Below are positions 38,070 to 47,826 of a stretch of 64,000 nt of DNA, piece by piece. A program made the translations under genes and the position numbers. Numbering within the stretch: the first letter of the stretch is position 1; each line of letters begins with the position of its first letter. The notes under the pieces were generated by a model that made no database searches, was not told the origin of the DNA, and saw nothing but the letters and a program-made list of their open reading frames with translations. The DNA is from an uncultured Rhodospirillaceae bacterium (GTDB lineage Bacteria > Pseudomonadota > Alphaproteobacteria > MPNO01 > UBA830): positions 4,124-68,123 of the forward strand of contig CAXBCP010000024.1 in NCBI GenBank assembly GCA_963974055.1, given 5' to 3'.

Positions 38070-39767
38070 ATGACCGACAAACCACGGATCGCCCATCTTT
38101 CCGGCTCCAACGCCACGATCAGCAACAGCCCGGCACTGGTGACCAGCAACAAGGCCCGCGCCCAGTACGGCCTGCCGGCACGGCCCAACCCCGACGGCAG
38201 CCCGGCCCGGTTCGACGTCCTTCGGGCGCAGCGCCTGGCGGCCCCGGCGACGGTCTATGTCGAACAGTTCAGCGCCCATCCGCTGGAGCGCGACGCCGCA
38301 GAGCTTTACGGCCCGCCCGACGGCTATGTCGATGCATCCGGCGCCTTCCACGCCGAGCGGCAATCCGATGCCGACACGCCGGTCTACCGCGTGGAGCTGA
38401 GACCCGAAGACGGGCTGTATCCCCTGCCCTACATGGCGCGGCAGGCCGACGGCAGCGCGTGGGAGGACGATTGCGCCTTTCCCGGCGCGCCGGCGGCGCA
38501 GTCCCGCCAGGCCTATTACCCGGATGGATCGCGCATGTTCGAGGAAATCGACCGGTTCGGCATCGACGAATACGGCACCGGCAACCTGATCTCGCGCCTG
38601 GCGGAAATCGATTCCTTCCGGGTGCTGCCGTCGGGCGGCTATACCAAGGGCCTTGCCGCCGCCGAGCGCACCGATACCGGGACCGGCGATATCGAACCCG
38701 AAGTCATGGGACAGGACTTCTTCGTCTACCGGCCGGTGCACCTCGCGGTATCGCCGCCGCGCGGCCGGCTGGCGACCGTCGCCAACGACGTGCAGCATAT
38801 TCTCGACAGCGGCGACTATCTCGGCGCGATCTGGACCCAGGGCAGCCCGCGGGTGGAAGAGACGCTGTACTGGCTCAACCTTCTGCTCGACACCACGCTG
38901 CCGGTCTGCGGCAACGCCGCCCAGCGCACCCATGGCGAGATCAGCAATGACGGGCCGAAGAACCTTGTGGACTCGGTCGACTACATCACGTCGCGGGTCT
39001 GGCAGGACGGCGACGGCCGGAACCGCGCCGGCGCGGTGGTGATCCAGGAACAGCAGATCTTCGCCGCGCGCGAGGTGCAAAAGGGCGATGCGCGGCCCGG
39101 CGGCTACGTCGTCACCGGCGGCCATGGCGGGTTGCTGGGCGCGGTGCGCCACGGCCAGGCGCCGATCCTGACCTACCTGCCGGGCGCCAAACACACATAC
39201 CTGTCGGACGTGAACAGGTCGAAGCTGCCGGACAGCGTGACCGGCTTCGTCCTGAAAGACGGCACGCTGACATCGCAGGACGTGCCGATCAAAGACGCCG
39301 CCGGCGACCTGATCGATACCTCCGTGCCGATGGTCACGATTATCAAGGAAGGCAATTACAGCCCCGAGACCGCCGATAGCAGCCCGGACCGCGAGGTCGA
39401 TATCATCGCCCAGACCGCAGACAACCTGGCCAACGCGCCGCTGTCCGGCTTCGTGGTCGAAGGCCAGTCGCCCTATGGGTCGATGACCAATTCGCAGCGC
39501 AACCGGCTGATGGCCAGGGCGGTCTATATGGGCATGCCGGTGGCCCGCGTCGGCCGCGGCAATAACGAGGGATTCTCCGCCCCCGCCGGGGTGTTTCTCG
39601 GCGGCGGCAACCTGACATCGACCAAGGCACGGCTGCTGCTGATCGCCTGCCTGATGAAGTTCGGCGCCCTGCCGCCCGCGGCAGACCCGGATTCCCCGAC
39701 GGCGGACGAAACCGCCGCGGTGATGGAACGGCTTGCGCTATACCAGGCGGTGTTCGACACGCACTAG
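38070..39767 (+). CDS. Asparaginase-fold protein with a large insertion and atypical active site
   Basis: Asparaginase-like segments GAIWTQGS..EETLYWL, PVCGNAAQR, SNDGPKNL, IFAAREVQK and C-terminal GGNLTSTKARLLL...YQAVFD. Confidence 0.7.
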   Translation: MTDKPRIAHLSGSNATISNSPALVTSNKARAQYGLPARPNPDGSPARFDVLRAQRLAAPATVYVEQFSAHPLERDAAELYGPPDGYVDASGAFHAERQSDADTPVYRVELRPEDGLYPLPYMARQADGSAWEDDCAFPGAPAAQSRQAYYPDGSRMFEEIDRFGIDEYGTGNLISRLAEIDSFRVLPSGGYTKGLAAAERTDTGTGDIEPEVMGQDFFVYRPVHLAVSPPRGRLATVANDVQHILDSGDYLGAIWTQGSPRVEETLYWLNLLLDTTLPVCGNAAQRTHGEISNDGPKNLVDSVDYITSRVWQDGDGRNRAGAVVIQEQQIFAAREVQKGDARPGGYVVTGGHGGLLGAVRHGQAPILTYLPGAKHTYLSDVNRSKLPDSVTGFVLKDGTLTSQDVPIKDAAGDLIDTSVPMVTIIKEGNYSPETADSSPDREVDIIAQTADNLANAPLSGFVVEGQSPYGSMTNSQRNRLMARAVYMGMPVARVGRGNNEGFSAPAGVFLGGGNLTSTKARLLLIACLMKFGALPPAADPDSPTADETAAVMERLALYQAVFDTH

Positions 39768-39840
39768 TATCGGTCACCCGCACTCCGCTGCTGGCGCTGC
39801 CCGTCATAATATCTTAGGCTTTCTCCGTCGTCTTCGAGAC

Positions 39841-39870
39841 GCAAACAACGCTGCAAACAATGCAGCAAAC
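39841..39870. repeat. 2.5 copies of a 12-bp repeat in the tctC leader
   Basis: GCAAACAACGCT GCAAACAATGCA GCAAAC directly before the GGAGG RBS. Confidence 0.7.
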
Positions 39871-39882
39871 GGAGGAAACACC

Positions 39883-40902
39883 ATGCGAAAACTAGGATTT
39901 CTGGTCGGGTCGGCGGCACTTGCCGCGACCGCGATGCTGACAACGACATCTGCAAACGCCGCGGATCCCTATTTCAAGGGCAAAACCATCACATTCGTCG
40001 TCGGGTTCGGCGCGGGCGGCGGTTATGACGCCTATGCACGTATGCTGGCCCCCCATTTCGAACGCGAGCTCGGCGCCGATGTCGTCGTCGTCAACAAGCC
40101 GGGCGCCGGCGGGATGAGCGCGCTGAACCGGCTGTACAGCGCGCCGGCGGATCCGCTGCAGATGACGATTGTCAACGGCACCGGCGCAGGGCTGCAGCAG
40201 TTACTGGGGATGAAGGCCGCCAAGTTCGACCTGACGAAGCTCCCGATTCTCGGCATCATCGACCATGCAAGGTGGATATGGCTGGCCAAAAACGATTCGA
40301 AGTTCTCCAGCCCCGCCGAAGCAATGAAAAGCACCAACGTCATCAACTGGGCGGGATACGGCAAGATTTCCGGTATTTCCGACGGGGCGGAGATGACCTG
40401 TCATGCGCTCGCGATGAAATGCAAAGTGGTCATCGGCTACAAGGGCAGCCGGGCGGCGGCGCTCGCGCTCGCGCAGGGAGAAATGGATTCTCTCTATGTC
40501 TCCGAAACGTCGGCCTATAAATACGTGCAGGCAAAGAATGCCAAGGCGGTCGCGACCATGAACCGCAAACGGTCGATCCTGTTTCCCGATCTGCCGACCA
40601 TCTTTGAATCGGTCAAACTGACCAAGGACCAGGAATGGTGGATCGACTACCGGTCGACCGTCGAAAGCCTCGGCCGGATGCTGGTCGTCGCGCCGTCCAC
40701 CCCGGCCGCCGTGGTCGCAAAGATGCGCGCCGCCACCGACCGGATTCTGAGCGATCCCAAGATCGTCGCCGAAGGCGCCAAGAAAAAACGCTACATCAAG
40801 TACATCCCCGCTGCGGAGGCTGCGAAGATGGTCCAGACCGTCATCAACAGCGTCAACGACAAGCAGAAAGCCGAAATCAGCAAGGTCGTTCTCGGCAAAT
40901 AA
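39883..40902 (+). CDS. Bug/TctC-family tripartite tricarboxylate transporter substrate-binding protein
   Basis: Signal peptide, YFKGKTITFVVGFGAGGGYDAYAR, NKPGAGG, GYKGS...GEMD, PDLPTI. Confidence 0.9.
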   Translation: MRKLGFLVGSAALAATAMLTTTSANAADPYFKGKTITFVVGFGAGGGYDAYARMLAPHFERELGADVVVVNKPGAGGMSALNRLYSAPADPLQMTIVNGTGAGLQQLLGMKAAKFDLTKLPILGIIDHARWIWLAKNDSKFSSPAEAMKSTNVINWAGYGKISGISDGAEMTCHALAMKCKVVIGYKGSRAAALALAQGEMDSLYVSETSAYKYVQAKNAKAVATMNRKRSILFPDLPTIFESVKLTKDQEWWIDYRSTVESLGRMLVVAPSTPAAVVAKMRAATDRILSDPKIVAEGAKKKRYIKYIPAAEAAKMVQTVINSVNDKQKAEISKVVLGK

Positions 40903-40917
40903 CGGAGCGTATCGTAA

Positions 40918-40955
40918 CGACGGCCGGGGAAGACCGCCCCGGCCGTCGGTATTTT
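40918..40955 (+). terminator. Rho-independent terminator
   Basis: CGACGGCCGGGG-AAGACCG-CCCCGGCCGTCG followed by GTATTTT. Confidence 0.7.
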
Positions 40956-41006
40956 CAGACAAAACCGCTGGCCCTTCGCGGGCACAGCGGCGGATAATTC
41001 CTCCCC

Positions 41007-41744
41007 ATGGACCCCACCCTTCTCGCGATTGCCTGCGGCGCGTTTTTCTTCGCGGCATTTTCCAAGGGCATCACCGGCATGGGGTTTGCAACCACCTGTC
41101 TGCCGATCATCGCGCTGGCCATGGGGCTGGAGGTCGCGCTGCCGCTGGTGCTGGTGCCGTCGGTCGCCAGCAACATTATCGTCCAGGTCGAGGCGGGGCA
41201 TTTCCGCGAATCCATTCGCCGGTTCTGGCCGATGCTGATCGCCGGCATGCTCGGCGTCGTCATCGGGCTGGTCCTGCTGACCTGGATGGAAGCACGGGCG
41301 GCGGGCGCGGCGCTGGGCGTCGTGCTGATCGTCTACGGCCTGTTCGCCCTGAAAACGCCGAACCTGACATTACCGCCCCGCTATGAGAAACCGCTCGGCC
41401 CGGTAACCGGTTTCGCCACCGGCATTATTAACGGCCTGACGGGATCGCAGCTGATGCCCGTCCTGCCCTATCTGATGGCGCTGCATCTCGACCGCGAACG
41501 GTTCGTGCAGGCCATCAACTGCTCGTTCACCGCGTCCAGCATCGTGATGGCCGTCGGCCTGTCGAAAATCGGCCTGATGACTACGGAGACGGCCCTGGTC
41601 TCGGCCATCGGCATAGCTCCCGTCTGGATCGGCCTGAAGCTCGGCGGCAATATCCGCCGCCGCCTGACGCCGGAGATTTTCCGCAAACTGGTCATCTACA
41701 TGCTGATGGCGTCCGGCGTATTACTGCTTATTCGCGCAGTTTGA
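41007..41744 (+). CDS. TauE/SafE-family (sulfite exporter-like) membrane protein
   Basis: KGITGMGF and GIINGLTG duplicated motifs, about 8 TM segments. Confidence 0.88.
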   Translation: MDPTLLAIACGAFFFAAFSKGITGMGFATTCLPIIALAMGLEVALPLVLVPSVASNIIVQVEAGHFRESIRRFWPMLIAGMLGVVIGLVLLTWMEARAAGAALGVVLIVYGLFALKTPNLTLPPRYEKPLGPVTGFATGIINGLTGSQLMPVLPYLMALHLDRERFVQAINCSFTASSIVMAVGLSKIGLMTTETALVSAIGIAPVWIGLKLGGNIRRRLTPEIFRKLVIYMLMASGVLLLIRAV

Positions 41745-41760
41745 TCCGGCGCCGCGGAAA

Positions 41761-43287
41761 TCAGGCTTCCGGCGTCATCAGTGAAATGCCGAGACGGGCG
41801 CGGCGGGTCAGCCAGGGGCTGGGGCGGTACCGCGGGTCGCCGTAGAAGGCGTGCATCGCCGTCAGGATCGCGTGAATTTTCGCCGCGCCGACGCTGTCGC
41901 CGAATTCAAGCGGCCCCTGCGGGTAGGCGAGGCCGAGACGGACGGCCTTGTTGATGTCTTCCGGCGTCGCGATACGCATCTGCGCGATTTCCGACGCGAT
42001 ATTGACGATGGTCGCGATCGTGCGCTGGGCGATAAAGCCGGGACTGTCGTGGATTACCGTGACCGCGCCGCCGTCGGCGGCCAGTACGGCATGGGCAAGG
42101 TCGCGCACGCCCGTATCGGTGACGCTGGTGGTCATCAGGGTCCGCCGCCCGTCGAGACCGAACAGGGTATCGACCGCGATCGTGCGTTCGGCCTCGATGC
42201 CGAGATCTATCGCCGTCATCGTCGCATCGCGGCCCAGCGGCGCGACCATGCAGATCGCGCGGGCGGACGGCTTGTCGCCGGTCTCGATTTCGACCTTGCC
42301 CTTCAGGAACTCGGCCAGGATTGTCGCACCGTCATGGCCCTGCCCGCCGATCCAGACGGCGTCCGGCAGGTCGGTCGGCGCGGCGGCAACCTTCGGAGCG
42401 ATCTTCTTGTTGTCCTCATAGGCGTAGAAACCCTTGCCGGTCTTGCGGCCGAGCAGGCCCGCAGCCATGCGGTTGCGAATAAAGGCCTGCGGCTTGAAAC
42501 GCTGTTCCTGGTAAAACTGCTCGTAGATCGATTCCATGACGACGCCGGACACGTCGAGCCCGGTCGTATCCATCAGCTCGAACGGCCCCATGCGGAACGC
42601 GGCGCCGCCTTCACGGAGCACGTCGTCGACCTGGTGCGCCTCGGCGATCCCTTCGGCAAGAATGCGCACCCCTTCGGTATACAGCCCGCGCCCGGCGTGA
42701 TTGACGAGAAATCCGGGCGTGTCCTGGGTGCGAACCGGATCGTGCCCGCATTTGCGGGCGATCGCATCGAGCTTGTCGGCAACCCAGGGCGCGGTCAGCT
42801 GACCGTCGACGACCTCGACCACTTTCAGCAGCGGCACGGGATTGAAAAAATGAAATCCCGCAACCCGTTCGGGTTTTGCACAGCCGGCGGCGATCTGGGT
42901 CACGGACAGCGACGACGTGTTGGAGGCAAGGATCGCATCTTCGGCGACGAGACCTTCAAGCTCGCTGAAGACCTTTCGCTTCACGTCCAGGTTCTCGACG
43001 ATCGCCTCGACGACCATGCCGCAATCCGCGAGATCGGCAAGCGAATCCACGATTTCCAGACGTCCGTTGGCGATGGCCGCGGCGTCTTCCGACATCTGCC
43101 CCTTTTCGGCGGCGCGGTTGATCATGCGCGCGATGAATTCCTGCGCCTTGTCCGCCGCACCGTCCTGCGCGTCGAACATCTTGACCGTGAATCCGCCGAT
43201 GACTGCGATCTGGGCGATGCCGCGGCCCATTGTGCCGGTGCCGATGACACCGATAACGAATTTGGATGAATTGACGTCCTGCGCCAT
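41761..43287 (-). CDS. 3-hydroxyacyl-CoA dehydrogenase (PaaH-like)
   Basis: GVIGTGTMGRGIAQ, EAIVE, ASNTSSLS, HFFNPVP, DTPGFLVN, LGRKTG and a duplicated C-terminal domain ending RYRPSPWL. Confidence 0.92.
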   Translation of the reverse strand: MAQDVNSSKFVIGVIGTGTMGRGIAQIAVIGGFTVKMFDAQDGAADKAQEFIARMINRAAEKGQMSEDAAAIANGRLEIVDSLADLADCGMVVEAIVENLDVKRKVFSELEGLVAEDAILASNTSSLSVTQIAAGCAKPERVAGFHFFNPVPLLKVVEVVDGQLTAPWVADKLDAIARKCGHDPVRTQDTPGFLVNHAGRGLYTEGVRILAEGIAEAHQVDDVLREGGAAFRMGPFELMDTTGLDVSGVVMESIYEQFYQEQRFKPQAFIRNRMAAGLLGRKTGKGFYAYEDNKKIAPKVAAAPTDLPDAVWIGGQGHDGATILAEFLKGKVEIETGDKPSARAICMVAPLGRDATMTAIDLGIEAERTIAVDTLFGLDGRRTLMTTSVTDTGVRDLAHAVLAADGGAVTVIHDSPGFIAQRTIATIVNIASEIAQMRIATPEDINKAVRLGLAYPQGPLEFGDSVGAAKIHAILTAMHAFYGDPRYRPSPWLTRRARLGISLMTPEA

Positions 43288-43300
43288 GAGCTGGTCCTTT

Positions 43301-44284
43301 TTAAAGTCTGTTCAACCGGTCGCGCACTGCGGCCGCTTCGGCAACGATGCCGTCGATGATGGATTCGGCGGATTCGATTTCGCCGGCAAAGGCAACCGAC
43401 TGTCCGATGGACGCCGTGCCCTTGGTCCAGTCGCCGTCTTCATAGGCTTCTTTCTGCAGCGTACCCTGCACATGCGGCCGGTACGCTTCGTAATCGGTGA
43501 TTCCCTCGGCTTCGAGTTCCAGCACACGGGCGGCGGAGTCGTTCTTCAGCACGCGCGAACTGTCGCCGAAGATATTCATGATCAGGCTTGTATCGCCGGC
43601 GTCGAGCCCGGCCAGATGCTTCTTGTAATTCGGGTGCGCCCAGATTTCCTCCGATACGATCATCCGTGTCGCCAGCAGCATGCCGTCGGCCCCGAGCGCG
43701 AGACACGCCATCAGCTGGCGCCCGGTCCCCATGCCACCTGCCAGCACCACGGGGATATCGAGCGCCTGCGGCACGGTGGCGCCCTGAACCATGGTCCCGA
43801 TCAGGTCCCGTCCCGGGTGTCCGCCCGCTTCCGCCCCGAGGATCGTGATCGCATCGACACCGGCATTCTGCGCCGACACGGCGTGGCGCAGGGTCGTGCA
43901 TTTGTGGATGACCTTGATGCCCGCATCCCTGATGCGCGGCAGAAACATTTTCGGCGAAAACCCGGCGGTTTCCAGGAATTTCACGTTTTCGTCGATGGCG
44001 ATTTCGAGAAACGTTTCCAGCAACCGGTTGGCTTCGGGCCGGGCCGAAATATACAGGTTCACGCCGAACGGCCTGCCGTCGGACAGATCATGCGCCATGC
44101 GGATCTGTTCGCGGAAATCCTCCGGCGTCGGGAACGACCGCGGCGTGATGAACCCGATCCCGCCGGCGCGCGCGACGGCGCTGACATATTTGGCGTCGGC
44201 AAGCCACATCATGCCGCCGCAGACCAGCGGATGCTCGATCCCGAAAAGATCGGTGATACGGGTGCGGAAGGTCTGCGGGGTCAT
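43301..44284 (-). CDS. Nitronate monooxygenase/FabK-like FMN oxidoreductase
   Basis: TRITDLFGIEHP, PFGVNL, EAGGH, PVVLAGG, LGADG..ATR, GQSVA. Confidence 0.88.
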   Translation of the reverse strand: MTPQTFRTRITDLFGIEHPLVCGGMMWLADAKYVSAVARAGGIGFITPRSFPTPEDFREQIRMAHDLSDGRPFGVNLYISARPEANRLLETFLEIAIDENVKFLETAGFSPKMFLPRIRDAGIKVIHKCTTLRHAVSAQNAGVDAITILGAEAGGHPGRDLIGTMVQGATVPQALDIPVVLAGGMGTGRQLMACLALGADGMLLATRMIVSEEIWAHPNYKKHLAGLDAGDTSLIMNIFGDSSRVLKNDSAARVLELEAEGITDYEAYRPHVQGTLQKEAYEDGDWTKGTASIGQSVAFAGEIESAESIIDGIVAEAAAVRDRLNRL

Positions 44285-44290
44285 GAATCC

Positions 44291-45061
44291 CTACTTCCGG
44301 AAAACCGGCGCCCGTTTCTCCATAAAGGCGGAGAACCCTTCCTGGAATTCGCCGGCGCCGAAACAGCCTGCCTGGGCCAGCGCCTCCATTTCGAGCGCTT
44401 CTTCCAGCTTGACCGGCGCAAGCCCGAGCTGCTGTTTCGCGATGGCAAAAGCGAAGGGCGGCATCGCCGCGAGGGTCAGCGCACGTTCGATCGCGGTCTC
44501 TTCCGCCTTGCCCTCGGCGACCAGTTCGTCGGCAAGACCCATTCCGACGGCGTCCGGCGCCTTGACCATTTTCGCATAGAGCAATAACTGGCGCGCCTTC
44601 GCCCCGCCGGCGCGGCGCGGCAGCGTATGCAGAATGCCGTAATCCGGGATCAGGCCGACCTTGAAAAACGGAAAGCCGATGGTGCCGCCTTCGGCGATCA
44701 CCGCGGTGTCGCCCAGCATCGCAAGCCCGGCCCCGGCGCCGACCGCAAAACCTTCGATGGCGGTGACGACCGGCTTTTCGGCCTCGGCGATCATGCGGAC
44801 GATACGGTGATTGGCCTTCATCCGGGCGCGCGCACCTTTGGAATCGAGGCCTTCCATGCTGGCGATGTCGCCGCCCGCGCAGAAATGCCCTCCTTCGCCG
44901 GTGATCAGGACGGCGTGAACCGCGTCGTCGGCCAAAAGCCGGGGAAGTTCCGCAATCAGGGTGTTCCGCACATCGTCGTTCAGCGCGTTGCGCTTGTCCG
45001 GGCGGTTGATCGCGACGCGGCCGATCCCGTCGGCGCGGCGTTCAATGTTCACGACTGCCAT
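44291..45061 (-). CDS. Enoyl-CoA hydratase/isomerase
   Basis: NRPDKRNAL, FCAGGDI, GFAVGAG, GLIPDYG, AFMEKRAPVF. Confidence 0.92.
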   Translation of the reverse strand: MAVVNIERRADGIGRVAINRPDKRNALNDDVRNTLIAELPRLLADDAVHAVLITGEGGHFCAGGDIASMEGLDSKGARARMKANHRIVRMIAEAEKPVVTAIEGFAVGAGAGLAMLGDTAVIAEGGTIGFPFFKVGLIPDYGILHTLPRRAGGAKARQLLLYAKMVKAPDAVGMGLADELVAEGKAEETAIERALTLAAMPPFAFAIAKQQLGLAPVKLEEALEMEALAQAGCFGAGEFQEGFSAFMEKRAPVFRK

Positions 45062-45118
45062 CTGTGCATCCCTGTTGTTCCGAGAAGTCCCTCGGGCCGC
45101 AATATTGCCGTTTTGAAA

Positions 45119-45526
45119 TCAGTCGGCAAGGCGAACGAGATGCGCCGCACAGCCGCGGCAGTCCGAACTGCCGAATCCGGCGACCGGCACCGTCGCACCC
45201 GCTTCCAGAAGCGCCGCGACCAGATCGCATTCCCGTCCGCCGGGATAGGTTTTCACATCGACACATTCGGCGCGTGCCGACAGATGATCGATATGCCAGT
45301 GCGGTTTCTTGTCGGCCCGCAGGTGCCGTGCCACCCGGGCGCGGATGCCGCCGGGACCGAACGCACTGCCGGCATAAACGTACGCCCCGGGAGGGAGCGC
45401 CGGCGAATTCAGCCGGGCGACGGGGAGCGTAAGCGGTTTTTCCAGCCGGAATGTCAGGGCATAGGCGCCCGGCCCGGCCGGAAGCAGGTCCGACGGCAAG
45501 TCCGGACTTCCGTGGGCCGCAATCAC
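45119..45526 (-). CDS. DUF123/GIY-YIG-type nuclease-like protein
   Basis: GAYAL..GAYVYAGSA, RVARH..KPHWHIDHL, REC, GFGSSDCRGCAAHL. GTG start overlaps the upstream TGA. Confidence 0.8.
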   Translation of the reverse strand: MIAAHGSPDLPSDLLPAGPGAYALTFRLEKPLTLPVARLNSPALPPGAYVYAGSAFGPGGIRARVARHLRADKKPHWHIDHLSARAECVDVKTYPGGRECDLVAALLEAGATVPVAGFGSSDCRGCAAHLVRLAD

Positions 45527-46632
45527 CCCGCCGGCTTCTGGTCCGCCAGCGCCTTGACGAAGGCCGACATCAGGTCGTCGGTCTCGACGCTCGCGAATTC
45601 GACGTCGTCGCGCTCCATAAACGCCGTGACCCGGGCGCGAAGGTCGGCTTCGCTGGCGGGACAGCCCGCAAGCGCGTCTTCCAGCCAGCCGACGGAATCG
45701 ATCGGGCGCGGATGCCAGTCCCCGTTGAGGATGGCGTGCAGCACCGCGCCGTCGCGGACCACCAGCGTTGCCCACAGCATGCCGCCGACCGCCTTGTGAC
45801 GGCCGCGTCCGACGGTATCGCCGGCCCCGACAAGATCGCCGAAGCGCACTTTCTCGCTTTTGCCGTACAGCCAGGTGTCGTTGTCGTATTCGGCACGGAA
45901 TTCTTCGGCATAGCCGCGCTCGGCATCGGTCAGTTCGCCGGGTTCGAGCACCACGTCGCTGAAGGCATGCGCCACCGCAGCGCGGGCCATGCTTTCGAGA
46001 TCGCCGGCCATGATTTCCCGCCCGGCTTCGCGTTCAAGACAGGTAAACCGGGACTGCAGGTCCTTGTGCACCTTGTCCTGCACTTTTTCGGGCGGCATCG
46101 GCATCGCGGTGCCTGCGATTTCGGTGTTCATTTCCTTCACGTTGACGACGAAGCGGAACGTCATCACGCCGTTTTCGATTTTGAGCGAGGTCGGCACCAG
46201 CTTGCGGCCCTCGACCTGCACGTCGTTGAGCGGCCGGTATTCGGCGGGAAAGCCGAACTGGTCGCTCAGCGTTTCGGCGAAGGCGGTCAGGATTTTGGGG
46301 AACGCCTCTGTCGTGGTTTCGGGCACGTCCGGGTGCGACGTCGGCACGAAATAGACCATGAACGCGGACCCGGTGCCGGTATAGATAGCGCCGCCGCCGT
46401 TCACCCGGCGGCGGAAATCGATATCGTTGTCGCGGCAGAAATCCAGGTTGAGCACCTGTTCCGGGTCTTCGTTGACGCCGATGGTGATCGAATCGCGGTC
46501 GAACACGTTGAGGAAGATCGTCGGCGGCGCATCGCCGTTCACGACCGCTTTTTCCACGGCGGGGGAAACGGACACCGAAAAATCGGCATAGGAATTTCTG
46601 TCGACGATCAGCCGCCATGCGTTTTCGGTCAT
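45523..46632 (-). CDS. Lipoate--protein ligase family protein with C-terminal accessory domain
   Basis: RRVNGGGAIY, PLNDVQVEGRKL, C-terminal HKAVGG..ILNGDW. Confidence 0.88.
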   Translation of the reverse strand: MTENAWRLIVDRNSYADFSVSVSPAVEKAVVNGDAPPTIFLNVFDRDSITIGVNEDPEQVLNLDFCRDNDIDFRRRVNGGGAIYTGTGSAFMVYFVPTSHPDVPETTTEAFPKILTAFAETLSDQFGFPAEYRPLNDVQVEGRKLVPTSLKIENGVMTFRFVVNVKEMNTEIAGTAMPMPPEKVQDKVHKDLQSRFTCLEREAGREIMAGDLESMARAAVAHAFSDVVLEPGELTDAERGYAEEFRAEYDNDTWLYGKSEKVRFGDLVGAGDTVGRGRHKAVGGMLWATLVVRDGAVLHAILNGDWHPRPIDSVGWLEDALAGCPASEADLRARVTAFMERDDVEFASVETDDLMSAFVKALADQKPAG

Positions 46633-46653
46633 TGAATACAATCCATCCTGAAT

Positions 46654-47826
46654 CTAAGTGCGCTCATCGACGGCAAGGGGGCCTTCTTCCAGCTTCTCGG
46701 CGAAGGCAATCTCGTCGGCCGAAATCAGCGTCTGGTTCTTGAAGCGCCGGGCGATTTCCCCGGCGACATCGTCGCCGCCAGCGCCCTCGATGGCGAGCGC
46801 CAGCCGGTCGCCGCCGCCGGCCTTTGCGGACACTGTCAGCCGGTACGCGCCCGTCGGCCCGTCGAGTCCCAGCAGCACGGCGCGGATTTCCGACGGATAG
46901 ACCTTCACGCCCTTCACCTTGATCATGTTATCGGTACGCCCGAACACGACGCGCGGCAGGTTGACGGTCCGGCCACGGACCGGGTCCGTCGTCCGGCGGA
47001 CCGTCAGATCGCCGGTGCGATAGCGGATCAGCGGCTGCGCCTCCTTTTTCAGATGGGTCAGCACCAGTTCGCCGCGCTCGCCGTCGGCGACGGGTTCACC
47101 GGTCGCCGGGTCGATCACCTCGGCATAGACCAGTTCGTCGAAAACATGCACGCCCTCGCCGCCGGGAAACGTGCGCGCAACCGGCAGGAATTCCGACAGC
47201 GAAAAGGAATCGACCAGCACGGTATCGGGCATCGCCGCCTTGACCGCGCCGTAGAGTGCGGGATTACCGGTAAACGCCTCGCCGCCGGCGAAAAATACCT
47301 TCGGCGGCTTGAGACCGGCTTCGATCAGCTTCAGGGAAAACGACGGATTTCCGGCCAGCACAGTCACGTTGTGGCGGACGCAGACATCGACCGTGCGCTC
47401 GGCGTCTCCCGGTCCCAACGGAATACAGCCGACGCCATGGGCTTCCATCTGGGTCTGGTAGAACAGCCCGGCGACGAACATGTGATAGCCGAACGTCACC
47501 GCGCAGACATCGCCCGGCCCGATGCCGCAGGCGTCGAGATGGGTGCGGGCGGCGGCCACCATGTTGGCGATATCCCCCGCCGTCTGCATGGCGGGGACCA
47601 GCGACGCCCCCATCGGGCTCAGATTGATCCGCACCGGATTGCTGCCGCCAAAGGCGCCGTAGCCCGGCTTTTCCATTTCCGCCACCAGGTCGGCCCGCCC
47701 CATCAGAGGCACGTTGGCCGCAAAATCGGCGGCGTCGGCGATATGGGGCGGCAGACGTCCCGCGTAGAACGGGTGCGCCGCCAGCCGCCCGAGCTGTGCG
47801 TTCAGGGCATCAGCCGGAACGCCCAT
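46654..47826 (-). CDS. Phenylacetate--CoA ligase-like (PaaK family) adenylating enzyme
   Basis: FGYHMFVAGL, GERGELVLT, PLIRYRTGDL, GRTDNMIKVKGVKVYPSEI. Confidence 0.85.
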   Translation of the reverse strand: MGVPADALNAQLGRLAAHPFYAGRLPPHIADAADFAANVPLMGRADLVAEMEKPGYGAFGGSNPVRINLSPMGASLVPAMQTAGDIANMVAAARTHLDACGIGPGDVCAVTFGYHMFVAGLFYQTQMEAHGVGCIPLGPGDAERTVDVCVRHNVTVLAGNPSFSLKLIEAGLKPPKVFFAGGEAFTGNPALYGAVKAAMPDTVLVDSFSLSEFLPVARTFPGGEGVHVFDELVYAEVIDPATGEPVADGERGELVLTHLKKEAQPLIRYRTGDLTVRRTTDPVRGRTVNLPRVVFGRTDNMIKVKGVKVYPSEIRAVLLGLDGPTGAYRLTVSAKAGGGDRLALAIEGAGGDDVAGEIARRFKNQTLISADEIAFAEKLEEGPLAVDERT

